Virus record (IMG/VR): IMGVR_UViG_3300032237_000500 | Coordinates: 1-44,296 of that record | Length of the DNA stretch: 44,296 nucleotides | Direction: 5' to 3' (one strand) | From: a virus | Lineage: Duplodnaviria; Caudoviricetes | Part shown: positions 9,618 to 19,326 of the stretch, piece after piece | Position numbering within the stretch: position 1 is the first letter of the stretch | How the letters are laid out: every line of letters starts with the position of its first letter | Program-made: the position numbers and the translations under genes | The notes under the pieces: model-generated | The model's database searches: none | The model's input: the letters and a program-made list of their open reading frames with translations, nothing else | Told to the model about the DNA's origin: nothing

Positions 9618-11207
9618 TTATTTTTTACTAGATTTTTTACCCGTCTTTAAATATGTTAAAGCTTCCTCTTGTGAGTTATATGGAACATCCATATTCCTAT
9701 TCTCATACCAATTTCCTGCGCCATCAGTATATACACTATTACCACCCCATCTATGCGTGCCAGAAATAGAAGCTACACTTTTTATAGCGGTTTCTTTTTC
9801 CTCCCAAGTTTCTTTTGAAGCACCTGTTTTGCCACCCCCTTTTGTCTTCTTAGTAGATGCGTCTTTAAATATTTTAGCATTTTTAGCATCCATTATATAA
9901 TAATTTGTTTTATCTGCTTCTTTGTCATAAATTGGCTCAAGACTAGAATTTGCAATTATATTAGCTTTTTCTTTTTCCGCCATTTTTTCCACCATCAAAT
10001 TTACTTTTTGTGTAGTATTTAATTTAGAAAAATTCTCTAATGGAAAATTTGTTCCAAATCCTAATTTTTGTAAAACAGCATTTCCTGTATCATTATCATC
10101 AAAATCTGTAGCAACTATTGCTTGTGCTTGTGATTGTAAAATGGGCGTCATGGCACCCATTATTTTGTCCATGTCCACGGGTATTCTTTCATATACAGCA
10201 GTACCTTGGCCTTTACCTAAATTTGCATTGCCTTCTATTTTTCCATATTCAGCAACTCCAATATATTGATTAGTTATTTCTTTTCCATTCTCATCACTAT
10301 AAACCCCTGCGGTAACAGGAGCTTTTCCATAATTTACTTCTGGTACTTTAACATATAAAGAACCATCAAAATTAGGATTAATATCTCTTTTAAAATTAAT
10401 AGTATATTGTTCTTTACCAGCCTCCCCTTTTGCTATAATAGATCCATCTTTTATACCATTTTGTATATTCTCATCTATTTTATCTTTTGCTCCAGGATTA
10501 GTGGCTATAAAAGCGTCTTTAAGGGCATTAATATCTCCAACTTTTGTTTTTACATATAAAGTTATTTTAGAAGGATCTTTTGGATCATTATATTCTAACT
10601 CTTTGGTTGTTTTAGCGTCATCTGGATATGCTAAAGCAAATGTAGTAAGTCTATTAACCGTTTGGTCTAATGCATTACGCCCTCTAAAAACATAATTGCC
10701 TATATTAGTTGGATTTATTTCTCCTTTCAAAAAAGCCGATGCTCCTGAATATAATCCCCCTAGTGCATTATTTAAATTAGCTTCCCCTTCTAATTGTTTT
10801 GTAATATATGTATTTTTTTCTTTAAATTCCTCTGGGTTTAAAGCTTTTGTTTTAATATCAAAAGAATATTCCGCTGCTTTTGTACCTGTGCTAACAGAAT
10901 AATTATTTGCTAATTCAACAGCCCCGGGTCCTCCTCCAATTTTTTCTAACCCTTCATTATTTTTACTTATACGTGTTTGTAATTTATAATTTTCTTCGCT
11001 AATAGCAACTTGATTAGCTATAGTTTGTTCTTTATCTTCTTTAGCTTTTTTTTCTGCTTCTAATTTTGCCTCTTTATATTTAGCGTCTCTTTCTTTTCTT
11101 CCTTTTTCAAAACCTTCTATAATTGAATTACCAATACCAGAAAAAGCCATTGCCCAAGCCATTGCAGACTCATCTTTTATTATTGTTGGGTTATCGTATG
11201 CACTCAT
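9618..11207 (-). CDS. Putative internal virion/ejection protein (529 aa)
   Basis: Middle gene of a small-medium-giant trio after the tail nozzle and GNAT genes, as in podoviral ejection-protein clusters. N-terminal amphipathic helix followed by a coiled coil. Confidence 0.55.
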   Translation of the reverse strand: MSAYDNPTIIKDESAMAWAMAFSGIGNSIIEGFEKGRKERDAKYKEAKLEAEKKAKEDKEQTIANQVAISEENYKLQTRISKNNEGLEKIGGGPGAVELANNYSVSTGTKAAEYSFDIKTKALNPEEFKEKNTYITKQLEGEANLNNALGGLYSGASAFLKGEINPTNIGNYVFRGRNALDQTVNRLTTFALAYPDDAKTTKELEYNDPKDPSKITLYVKTKVGDINALKDAFIATNPGAKDKIDENIQNGIKDGSIIAKGEAGKEQYTINFKRDINPNFDGSLYVKVPEVNYGKAPVTAGVYSDENGKEITNQYIGVAEYGKIEGNANLGKGQGTAVYERIPVDMDKIMGAMTPILQSQAQAIVATDFDDNDTGNAVLQKLGFGTNFPLENFSKLNTTQKVNLMVEKMAEKEKANIIANSSLEPIYDKEADKTNYYIMDAKNAKIFKDASTKKTKGGGKTGASKETWEEKETAIKSVASISGTHRWGGNSVYTDGAGNWYENRNMDVPYNSQEEALTYLKTGKKSSKK

Positions 11208-11210
11208 ATA

Positions 11211-12248
11211 TTATATTTTTTTAAACTCAACATCTATTAATGAATAATCTACTCTATCATATCCATCAAAGCCTTTAATTACTGCCTCCGTTGGTATTTC
11301 ATCTGACATTACTCCTTGAAAAACTCCTTCTCCAAATTTCTTATTTTTATATTCAAAAGAATAAATATTTAATCCATTAGAAGATAATCCTATATTTTTA
11401 ATATTTTTCTTTAATCTTCTATCGCTGCCAAAAGTATAACCAACCCCAGCACTTGGAGCAGCAGGTAATCCTCCCCCAATTTTTCCAAATCCCCCTGCAG
11501 GGGCGCCACCTTCTGTTGTTGCAGCAGGTGTTCCTGCTTTGCCAACTGCTGAAGATGCAATATTCCCTACCGCACTAATAGCCTGCCCCCATGCCGCTCC
11601 TTCAGCAGCATTTGCAGAGGCTTGATTTTGCATTGCTTGTGTTAATTGCCCTGCTTCGTGCCCTAAATCCGCATTGGTTCTATCTTCTTGTGCCGCAAAC
11701 ATAAATTGTTTACCTGCCGCTTCAGCCCCTTGAACTCTTTGTGCTTCACTAATTTGTATTGCTTGCAATCTTTGTTGCTCTTGCATTTTCATTTGATTAC
11801 GTTCTGCTTCGCCTTGAGCACGAAGTTTTTCATTATTTGCTTCTTGTTGTTCTATACTTGATGCAACATCTTTTTTACTTTGCAAAGCAGCCTGTGCTAA
11901 TGCGGTTGCGCCACCTGCACTTGCTCCTGTTTGTCTTAAAGTATCAAGTGTATTTGCTAATGCAATATCAGTTTGTTCTGCTTGCATTTCTGCTGCTTGC
12001 GTAGCCACTCCTAAATTTGCATAAGGATTTGTTATCATTCCAGATAAATCTTTTGCTAATCCACTAATATCTTTTGTTGTTGCATAAGGATTAGTTATAG
12101 GTTGTCTAGCCGCCCTAATTGCATCCATTTCTGCTCTTGCCCTACGTGCATCATTGGCGGCCCCTTTTGCCGCTTGACTTGCTTGATGTGCTGATATCGC
12201 TCCGCCTATTATTGCTACGCCGGCGCCTATTGCTGTTGCTACTGCCAT
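11211..12248 (-). CDS. Putative DNA pilot/ejection protein with a C-terminal peptidase S74-like intramolecular chaperone domain
   Basis: Ala/Gly-rich hydrophobic N-terminus (MAVATAIGAGVAIIGGAISA) and Ala/Gln-rich helical body. C-terminus reads SDRRLKKNI...IYSFEYK...GVMSDE...VDYS, the S74 pattern. Confidence 0.75.
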   Translation of the reverse strand: MAVATAIGAGVAIIGGAISAHQASQAAKGAANDARRARAEMDAIRAARQPITNPYATTKDISGLAKDLSGMITNPYANLGVATQAAEMQAEQTDIALANTLDTLRQTGASAGGATALAQAALQSKKDVASSIEQQEANNEKLRAQGEAERNQMKMQEQQRLQAIQISEAQRVQGAEAAGKQFMFAAQEDRTNADLGHEAGQLTQAMQNQASANAAEGAAWGQAISAVGNIASSAVGKAGTPAATTEGGAPAGGFGKIGGGLPAAPSAGVGYTFGSDRRLKKNIKNIGLSSNGLNIYSFEYKNKKFGEGVFQGVMSDEIPTEAVIKGFDGYDRVDYSLIDVEFKKI

Positions 12249-12249
12249 A

Positions 12250-12657
12250 TTATATTAATTTTTTTGAAATTTCATACGATGGATCTTTATCCACCGTATA
12301 TTTTAATTTTTTATGCATTTCTATTAATCCAGTATTTCTACCAATACTTAATATTATATTTTTACCCACACTTAATGCCACTTCCTCTAATCCTAATATT
12401 AACATTTCTAATGCGTCTTTTCTATCAGATTCTCTATAATCTTGATTTGATATAATCCATTCCATCCAAGCTACCTTAGAATTTGTTAAATATAAAAAAC
12501 CTGATACTATTGGTATATCTCCTTTACAAACTATTAATCCACCCGTGCCATTTAAAGGTAATAAATCTTTATTCATTTGGGGCCAATTCCATTTTGTCCA
12601 CCATTCTTGTAATGTTTCCCAATCTGATTCTTGTAATGCTCGTACAGTTAATTCCAT
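12250..12657 (-). CDS. GNAT-fold acetyltransferase-like protein of the virion assembly cluster
   Basis: VRALQESDWETL start, beta-strand core, C-terminal 'H-K-K-L-K-Y' segment resembling the GNAT YxKLGF motif. Lies between the nozzle and ejection genes. Confidence 0.6.
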   Translation of the reverse strand: MELTVRALQESDWETLQEWWTKWNWPQMNKDLLPLNGTGGLIVCKGDIPIVSGFLYLTNSKVAWMEWIISNQDYRESDRKDALEMLILGLEEVALSVGKNIILSIGRNTGLIEMHKKLKYTVDKDPSYEISKKLI

Positions 12658-12668
12658 TTAATTTAATT

Positions 12669-14198
12669 TTAATAAGATGATTCTATATATTCTGAGGATA
12701 CGGCAAATAATTCTGCTCTTTTTTGTAATGTTGCATTTTGGTATATAAAATTTGTTGTTGCAAACATACCTTTAACACCCATAATAGAATTACCCCATAC
12801 TATTTCTCCTGTTGTTGGATTAGATATGTTAATTAAGTTTGCAAAATATTTATCCTCTTTTCTTTTAAATGAACTTATAAACAGGTTAGCCTCCATGTCG
12901 CTCAATGTTAAAATTTCTATATTTTTTGCTATAGGCGCAGAGGTATCAGTTTCTGTGTAAAAATTAGTAACTTCCCAACCAGTACTGCCTTCATAATTTA
13001 CAGTTTTAAATGTTTTGACTACAGATACATCAGGATTAAATACTACTTTTATAGTAGAATTATTATTTACACCATAAAAATTACCCCAATTTGTGGTTGT
13101 TGAATAATGTTTCCAAATTTCACCATTTTTAAATGTGTAAAAATCATTTCTTAAACTATCCCCATGATTAGGTTTATAATCAAAGAAACTTGTCCATCCT
13201 TGTACATCTTCATCAAATGCTAATGTATTATATGACCCATCTGAATTTTGTATTGAAACCACATATTCTTTATTATGCATGTCCCACATACCTAATATTG
13301 GATTATTATTTCCAACAGCAGAAAGTTTATCTCTAAAGAAATTACTCATTCCATATTCTGAAATTTCAGTTATACCATCTTGAGATAATCTTAATACTAC
13401 TCCTTGATTTCTGTCCGTAAAATATTTTCGATAACCATAAACAGCAAAACTTTCCGGATTAGTAGCAATACCATAGTTTCCAGCATAAGCTTGAACCTGG
13501 CCAATTACTTGCGTTCCAGAAGTAGTCAAAGGTTCGCCCTCGGCTGAATAAACAGCATCTTTGTCAATTAAGGCTCTGCTTACTTTAAACTCTTGGAAGA
13601 TAGTTAAGTTTGTATTTTCTGAATATAATTTTTGTATAGAACCATTGTAAGGATCTAAACTTCTTGTTATATCTTCACCAACTGAAAATTGATTTGTATT
13701 ATTTATACCTGTTCTAGAATTAAATACCCCTGAATATATTAAAGAACTCTGTCTATGCTGTTGAGCAAGATTGTCCTCTACAATATAAGCTTTAACTCCT
13801 AAGTCAACATTTGTATTATTATAACCTCCTCTGATTCTTGCTTCTTCTACAAACCAATCACTTGATTCTTCCGTAGGAGGATAAGCATTTGGTATAAAAT
13901 CAAAATTTGTTATAGGGCCAAATGTTAGAACAGTAGCGTCCGGGATACTAACAGGTTCACTTAAAATAAATTGTGTATCGGTTATTTTTTTATATACATA
14001 AGGATTAGATACACCAACACCTTCCCAACTAACATTTTGTCCAACGCCAATTTTATCATTAACTTCGGTTATTGTTATAGTAGGAGAAGCCACAACAGCT
14101 GCATCAAGTGTTGCTGTTGTATTTTCTACCTCTACTACTGTATCTAGTTTTTTTAACCAAAAAGAGTTAAAAAATTTTAATTCTAATATTGCAGCCAT
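12669..14198 (-). CDS. Tail nozzle/stabilization-type structural protein (C-terminal-type part)
   Basis: Beta-rich. Segments YGIATNPESF, YFTDRNQGVVLRLSQDGITEIS, WTSFFDY and FKTVNYEG resemble crAss-like/P22 gp10-like stabilization proteins. Position fits. Confidence 0.65.
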   Translation of the reverse strand: MAAILELKFFNSFWLKKLDTVVEVENTTATLDAAVVASPTITITEVNDKIGVGQNVSWEGVGVSNPYVYKKITDTQFILSEPVSIPDATVLTFGPITNFDFIPNAYPPTEESSDWFVEEARIRGGYNNTNVDLGVKAYIVEDNLAQQHRQSSLIYSGVFNSRTGINNTNQFSVGEDITRSLDPYNGSIQKLYSENTNLTIFQEFKVSRALIDKDAVYSAEGEPLTTSGTQVIGQVQAYAGNYGIATNPESFAVYGYRKYFTDRNQGVVLRLSQDGITEISEYGMSNFFRDKLSAVGNNNPILGMWDMHNKEYVVSIQNSDGSYNTLAFDEDVQGWTSFFDYKPNHGDSLRNDFYTFKNGEIWKHYSTTTNWGNFYGVNNNSTIKVVFNPDVSVVKTFKTVNYEGSTGWEVTNFYTETDTSAPIAKNIEILTLSDMEANLFISSFKRKEDKYFANLINISNPTTGEIVWGNSIMGVKGMFATTNFIYQNATLQKRAELFAVSSEYIESSY

Positions 14199-14202
14199 AT
14201 TT

Positions 14203-14213
14203 TATAATTACGT
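14203..14213 (-). promoter_or_regulatory. Candidate phage late-promoter motif, copy ACGTAATTATA
   Basis: One of four similar motifs in intergenic gaps. Confidence 0.45.
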
Positions 14214-14250
14214 TTTTTTTATGGTTTTTAGTTTATTTTAAATAGTTATA

Positions 14251-17200
14251 TTATGGTAATGGTGGGCCTTCATAATATATATTATAAGCATAATTTGCAA
14301 TAGGTATTAATGAAGTATTCTCTGAATTTTGGCCAATCCAAGCTGTTTGCGAATCAAAAAGGCCTGTTGTTTGTTTTATAACCTCCCCTTCATTATTAAA
14401 TTGTGCACAATAATAAGGATATTCAGTATATACCCCGCTAAAACTTGGATCGTAATTTTTAGTTGTTTGAAATATATAAAATCTATTTGCAACTGGGGGA
14501 ATCCATTTATTAGTAAATGCAGAATCTGTATAAAATCTTTTTACTTCAGTTCCTTCTTCTGTATTAGCATATAATGCACCTTCAGTTGGTGAAAATACAA
14601 TCATTTCAAAACTAGCATTTTCACCTGCTAAATTAGCTGGACTTGGCCCTGCGTATATGTCTTCTAATCTCACTGATATTTGATTTGTGGTTTGATTAAC
14701 TCCAACAACTATACCGCTTAATCCGCCATCAAAAGAAATTCCCGCAGAAAGACCTGGTACAATTTGATTATTAGTAGTTGTTAAAATAAAATTAGCGATG
14801 TTAGAGCCTACTAATATAGACCCTGAAGCTATTTCATTTATAAGAGATTCATACTCAAACCCTCTAGTTGCATCTTGTGTTGTATATGCTACTGCGGAAG
14901 GATACCCAGCATCATCTTCTAAGCCGGTATAATAAACATAATGGGTAATTATTGGATTTGAAAATGGAGGTAAAATATCATAAGAATAGTTAGCATCACT
15001 TCCCCCTATTGTAACAGAAGGATATGTGTATGTTGTATTACCAGATGAAGTTAATCCATTTTTTAGTTCAATTCCAATTGCCCACTCATAAATATTATTT
15101 CCTATAACTTCGGCCTCAATAGTAAATGAAGTTGTTATTCTTTTTTCTGCTCCAAGTACCAATGGCGGGTCAGTAGTTGTAACAACTAATTGTGGCAATG
15201 AATATGGTGTTTGTTTATTATTTGTTGTTTTAGCCAATTCCCAAGATAATGAACCAGATTCAGTATATTGTCTTTTATATAAATATATATCAAAATAACG
15301 TTTAAATGTAGCAAATCCAAGTTCAGAATCACATAAATATGGAGCAGGAACAGTTAATCCTACATTTATTCTGTATTCACCTGTAATCAATCCTGTTGGC
15401 AATATTTCTGTTAATCCCGCATTAGCAACCTCTATATTTTCTGCAAATTGATATTGCCTATCTGAACCTGGTATTAAAGGTAAATAAGAAAAATTAGTGC
15501 CAAAATTTTTTTGAGGCCCTATATAAACCATGCCATATGGAGGATCTCCACCGTCGCAATCATTACCTCCTGTTATGGTATTTCCATTATAATACGGTCT
15601 TAACCAATAAGGCACAGGATTATCACCAACATTTATATTTAATGTAATTGTATCAGATTGCGTTCCATAATCATCTCCTACATCTGCAGGCTCTAATGGC
15701 CGCCAGTCATCTGTATTAACGGCATCTTGTACCTTTATTACTAATTCATATCCACCCAATGGTATTCTGCTATTTTCCAAACTTAACGTTCCATACTCCT
15801 TATCCAAACTAAAATACCCGTCTTCATTTCCGCTAATTATACTCCATTTTAGTCCTGTTATTGCATTTGAATAAGATCCATTTACAGCTTCTAATGTTGC
15901 AAAAATTGTGGTATCTTGGAATATATTATAATCAATTACAGATGTTGTTATAATTGGAGCATTATTGCCTAATCTACCACTAATTGATAAAATTGTTGAA
16001 GTTGTTGAATTATCATTATCAATAACCCGAAATGTAAATCTATAGGATTCTTTAGCAAGAGCGTTATTATTAAACACAAAATTTCCAGCTCCCTCAGATG
16101 GTTTTTTAATAAATAATCTATATGTTGCATTTAACCCTACTGTAATAGGCTCTAATCCAAAATCTATTGTTCTATCTGTATTACCAACAGCAACTGATAA
16201 CAATGTTACTGTTGTATTTGGTAAAATAACACCTGATTGATTTAATACAACAAAATTATCAGTTATATATTTTGAATTTGCATCACCCGTTGTAGGGTCA
16301 GAACCATTAGGGTCTTGTTCTTCAAAATGTCTGTAATTAATACTACCAAAACTTGATGGCCCATCAAACCCTGTTAATACATCGGCATTTAAGTCAGAAA
16401 TTAAACCAGTTGTTGCTGTTTCCCAAAATAATTCTAATATACTTTGTTCTGGTCTTGTTTCATATACACTTAAAAACGGAACCATATCATTTGCAGAAAC
16501 ACCAATTTTTTTAACTGTAGAAACCCTTCCTATTAAAGGATTAGTTTGTAATTGATAAAAATTTAATCCAGCAGTACCGGCTAAATTATCAGCAGAACTG
16601 GATAAAAAATTAAATTCAGTTGCTGTTGCAATTGAGGTTACAACGTCTGCTTTTCTAGTTGGAAAATATTGTCTATTTTCTGCTCGGGTTATTATAAAAG
16701 TAATATAATCTTGTCCATTTGGATCCTGAGTCGCTGTCAAAACCCAATTTGCAGATGAAATTATGATTGTACCTGTTGTTCCTGATACTGTATTAGATAC
16801 AACAACGGTGTCTCCTAACCATTTATAGGGATTTGGCATTGTGGCGCCAAATGTAGCGGGGGGCGTTAAGTCATCAACAGGAGCGGAAGCCTCTACGCAT
16901 TGTATTCCATCCCCAGCTTTTATTAAGGCCCAATCTGGATTAGTGGTAATATCATATGTTATTACCGATGTTTTAGAAGAATATCCTGGTGTATTGCCAA
17001 TTATTGTAAGAGAGTCTTCAGTATTTTCAACTCTTCCATATAATTGGACACTACTTCTATATTGTTTTTGATCTGGGCCTACCTCAGCTAAGTCTCTTGG
17101 TACTTTATTTATATTGTCATTTATTAATACAATATGAGATGTATTACCTGTTTCACTAACAGGAAATTGTGTAGGATTTATACCATTTTGTAAAGTAGAT

Positions 17201-19323
17201 GTAGCTGTTACTCCTGTCCCTGAATATACAACTTGAGAACCGGATGTTTGTCCTTGGGGGTAACCATCTAACATGCCTGGTAAATATACATTATAATAAT
17301 CTTGCTCTTGTTGTTTAACGACTATTTTATATGAATACCATCCAATAGGATTATAAATATATGAAAATTTAATATCTAAAATACCACCACCCGGATCATT
17401 ATAATTATATATATCATTAACTCTGCCTGATGTTGTTATTGAATACTCATTTGGATTAGCCGTAGGAACGGGATTGGAAAGTACAAATACATAATCCGTA
17501 TAATAACCCCTTAATATATCTCCCTCAACTGGAGGAGTATTCGTAGTTGCTGTAGTATCTAACGTATATGTATATGATGTATCTGTTATAGTGGATGCGG
17601 TAATCGCAAATCCTGAGTTTGATGTAGGTATTGCATATAACCCAGGTTTGCCTGCGGGAATATCTTTTTGTTGATCTATTATTGTATTTAAATATAGTAT
17701 TAATGTATCACCAAACCAAGTACGAACATCATCAAATAAAACTGAATTCTCATAACTTGAATAAACAGTTGATCCTTTTGCAAATTGTCCTCCCCCTAAG
17801 TTAGTGCCTAATAAATCTACAGAAGATAATATAACTGGTGATTGTCTTCCAAATTTATCTGCAAGTACAAACCCAACTTGATAATTTCTATTTTTCTTTA
17901 AAGTATGATTTGGATATTCTATAAAATTAGTTCCATTCAATAATTTTGGTTGAACGGATATGTTATAGTTTATAGACGAGGGGCATGTGTATTTATCATA
18001 ATAATTACCATAAATTATTCTATTACCAGAAGATTCTTGAGCTTTTGCTCTAACCGGAACCTTATCATATACCCTTGTTGTTTGGTCTTCTGTTAATGTT
18101 TTATAAGGTTTTTGAGACTGATAAGGTTGTATATAATAGTTATTATTAGTATTACTTGATGTATTTATAGCAGAAACAGGCAATGTTTCAAAAACTTTAA
18201 TAGCAAGTGAATCTGATTCTTTATATAAAATCTCAATTTCTTTTATTTTATAACTATTAGTTAAATTACCTATTTTATCTGGCAATGGAATAATTAATTC
18301 AATATTATTTATATTATTTTCAAACCAATTTATAATAGTACTTCTATAAGCATCTACCTCATTTCCATTAATAAAATAACCTTTTTGTTTTGGTATATAT
18401 GCTATTTGGGTAAATGGGGCCATTAATGAATATTCATTATCGTCGTATTTAAAACGATAACTAAAACGAACATACTTATCTTCTAAAAAAACAGGATCTC
18501 CTGGCCAATCAGGCACGGAGGCCTTATTTGACATTGTGGATATTAAAAATGTTAGTTCTGTTCCATCTGTAATTGTTGATGGTAAATCTTGATAAAAAGT
18601 AATAGTTGTTCCAGTAACATCTACAACAGTACAAAAATCAGCTCCCGTTATATTAGAGGTTACTAAAGTCATGCCTGGCACAATGCCGGAAGAGTCTTCA
18701 ACATCAACTGTATCACCTGTGGAATTTCCATCAGCCGTAGTAACCACTTTTTTATATAATGTTATAGAATCTACAGGAGCATATTTAGCAACTGATATTT
18801 GTTCTTCATTTGTATAATAATTAGGATTATTTAAAGCACTTGATATATTTATTTTCCTAGGTTGATTTCTATTATCAACCCAAAATAATAATCCCTCAAT
18901 TAAATTTACCCCAGTTATTCTAAATTCATTATTTTTGGCAAAATTTAAAAATAAGCCTTCAACTAATGTTATATAATTAGTGGGGGAATTAAAATTATAC
19001 ATTGTTATTTTCATATTGCCGGAGGTTGGCAATGTGATATTTGTAGGACTTGGATCGGTATAATCTGTTAAGAATTGGAATATACGATTATTTTGATTAT
19101 CCATAAAAGCTCCAATACATACCATTCCAGCCTCTTCAATAGTTGGTGTAGTTAATGGAAGCAATTCATTACCAAGTATATTTTGCAATGCCCCAATATC
19201 ATCTGCCTCTGATTTACCAACGGAAATATTACTAGCATATCTATATTCACCATTAGGAATAAGTCTATCATCTAGGTCTTGATTCATCCTAGATTTCAGG
19301 AAACTATTTTTTACTTCTGCCAT
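14251..19323 (-). CDS. Large tail nozzle/stabilization-type protein (N-terminal-type part) with inserted beta domains and a cadherin-like domain
   Basis: N-terminus MNQDLDDRLIPNGEYRYASNI and LLFWVDNRNQPRKINI resemble crAss-like stabilization proteins. Cadherin-like NNAP...WSIISGNEDGYFSLD...GTL...YELVIKVQD near 15700-15970. Confidence 0.65.
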   Translation of the reverse strand: MAEVKNSFLKSRMNQDLDDRLIPNGEYRYASNISVGKSEADDIGALQNILGNELLPLTTPTIEEAGMVCIGAFMDNQNNRIFQFLTDYTDPSPTNITLPTSGNMKITMYNFNSPTNYITLVEGLFLNFAKNNEFRITGVNLIEGLLFWVDNRNQPRKINISSALNNPNYYTNEEQISVAKYAPVDSITLYKKVVTTADGNSTGDTVDVEDSSGIVPGMTLVTSNITGADFCTVVDVTGTTITFYQDLPSTITDGTELTFLISTMSNKASVPDWPGDPVFLEDKYVRFSYRFKYDDNEYSLMAPFTQIAYIPKQKGYFINGNEVDAYRSTIINWFENNINNIELIIPLPDKIGNLTNSYKIKEIEILYKESDSLAIKVFETLPVSAINTSSNTNNNYYIQPYQSQKPYKTLTEDQTTRVYDKVPVRAKAQESSGNRIIYGNYYDKYTCPSSINYNISVQPKLLNGTNFIEYPNHTLKKNRNYQVGFVLADKFGRQSPVILSSVDLLGTNLGGGQFAKGSTVYSSYENSVLFDDVRTWFGDTLILYLNTIIDQQKDIPAGKPGLYAIPTSNSGFAITASTITDTSYTYTLDTTATTNTPPVEGDILRGYYTDYVFVLSNPVPTANPNEYSITTSGRVNDIYNYNDPGGGILDIKFSYIYNPIGWYSYKIVVKQQEQDYYNVYLPGMLDGYPQGQTSGSQVVYSGTGVTATSTLQNGINPTQFPVSETGNTSHIVLINDNINKVPRDLAEVGPDQKQYRSSVQLYGRVENTEDSLTIIGNTPGYSSKTSVITYDITTNPDWALIKAGDGIQCVEASAPVDDLTPPATFGATMPNPYKWLGDTVVVSNTVSGTTGTIIISSANWVLTATQDPNGQDYITFIITRAENRQYFPTRKADVVTSIATATEFNFLSSSADNLAGTAGLNFYQLQTNPLIGRVSTVKKIGVSANDMVPFLSVYETRPEQSILELFWETATTGLISDLNADVLTGFDGPSSFGSINYRHFEEQDPNGSDPTTGDANSKYITDNFVVLNQSGVILPNTTVTLLSVAVGNTDRTIDFGLEPITVGLNATYRLFIKKPSEGAGNFVFNNNALAKESYRFTFRVIDNDNSTTSTILSISGRLGNNAPIITTSVIDYNIFQDTTIFATLEAVNGSYSNAITGLKWSIISGNEDGYFSLDKEYGTLSLENSRIPLGGYELVIKVQDAVNTDDWRPLEPADVGDDYGTQSDTITLNINVGDNPVPYWLRPYYNGNTITGGNDCDGGDPPYGMVYIGPQKNFGTNFSYLPLIPGSDRQYQFAENIEVANAGLTEILPTGLITGEYRINVGLTVPAPYLCDSELGFATFKRYFDIYLYKRQYTESGSLSWELAKTTNNKQTPYSLPQLVVTTTDPPLVLGAEKRITTSFTIEAEVIGNNIYEWAIGIELKNGLTSSGNTTYTYPSVTIGGSDANYSYDILPPFSNPIITHYVYYTGLEDDAGYPSAVAYTTQDATRGFEYESLINEIASGSILVGSNIANFILTTTNNQIVPGLSAGISFDGGLSGIVVGVNQTTNQISVRLEDIYAGPSPANLAGENASFEMIVFSPTEGALYANTEEGTEVKRFYTDSAFTNKWIPPVANRFYIFQTTKNYDPSFSGVYTEYPYYCAQFNNEGEVIKQTTGLFDSQTAWIGQNSENTSLIPIANYAYNIYYEGPPLP

Positions 19324-19326
19324 TTT

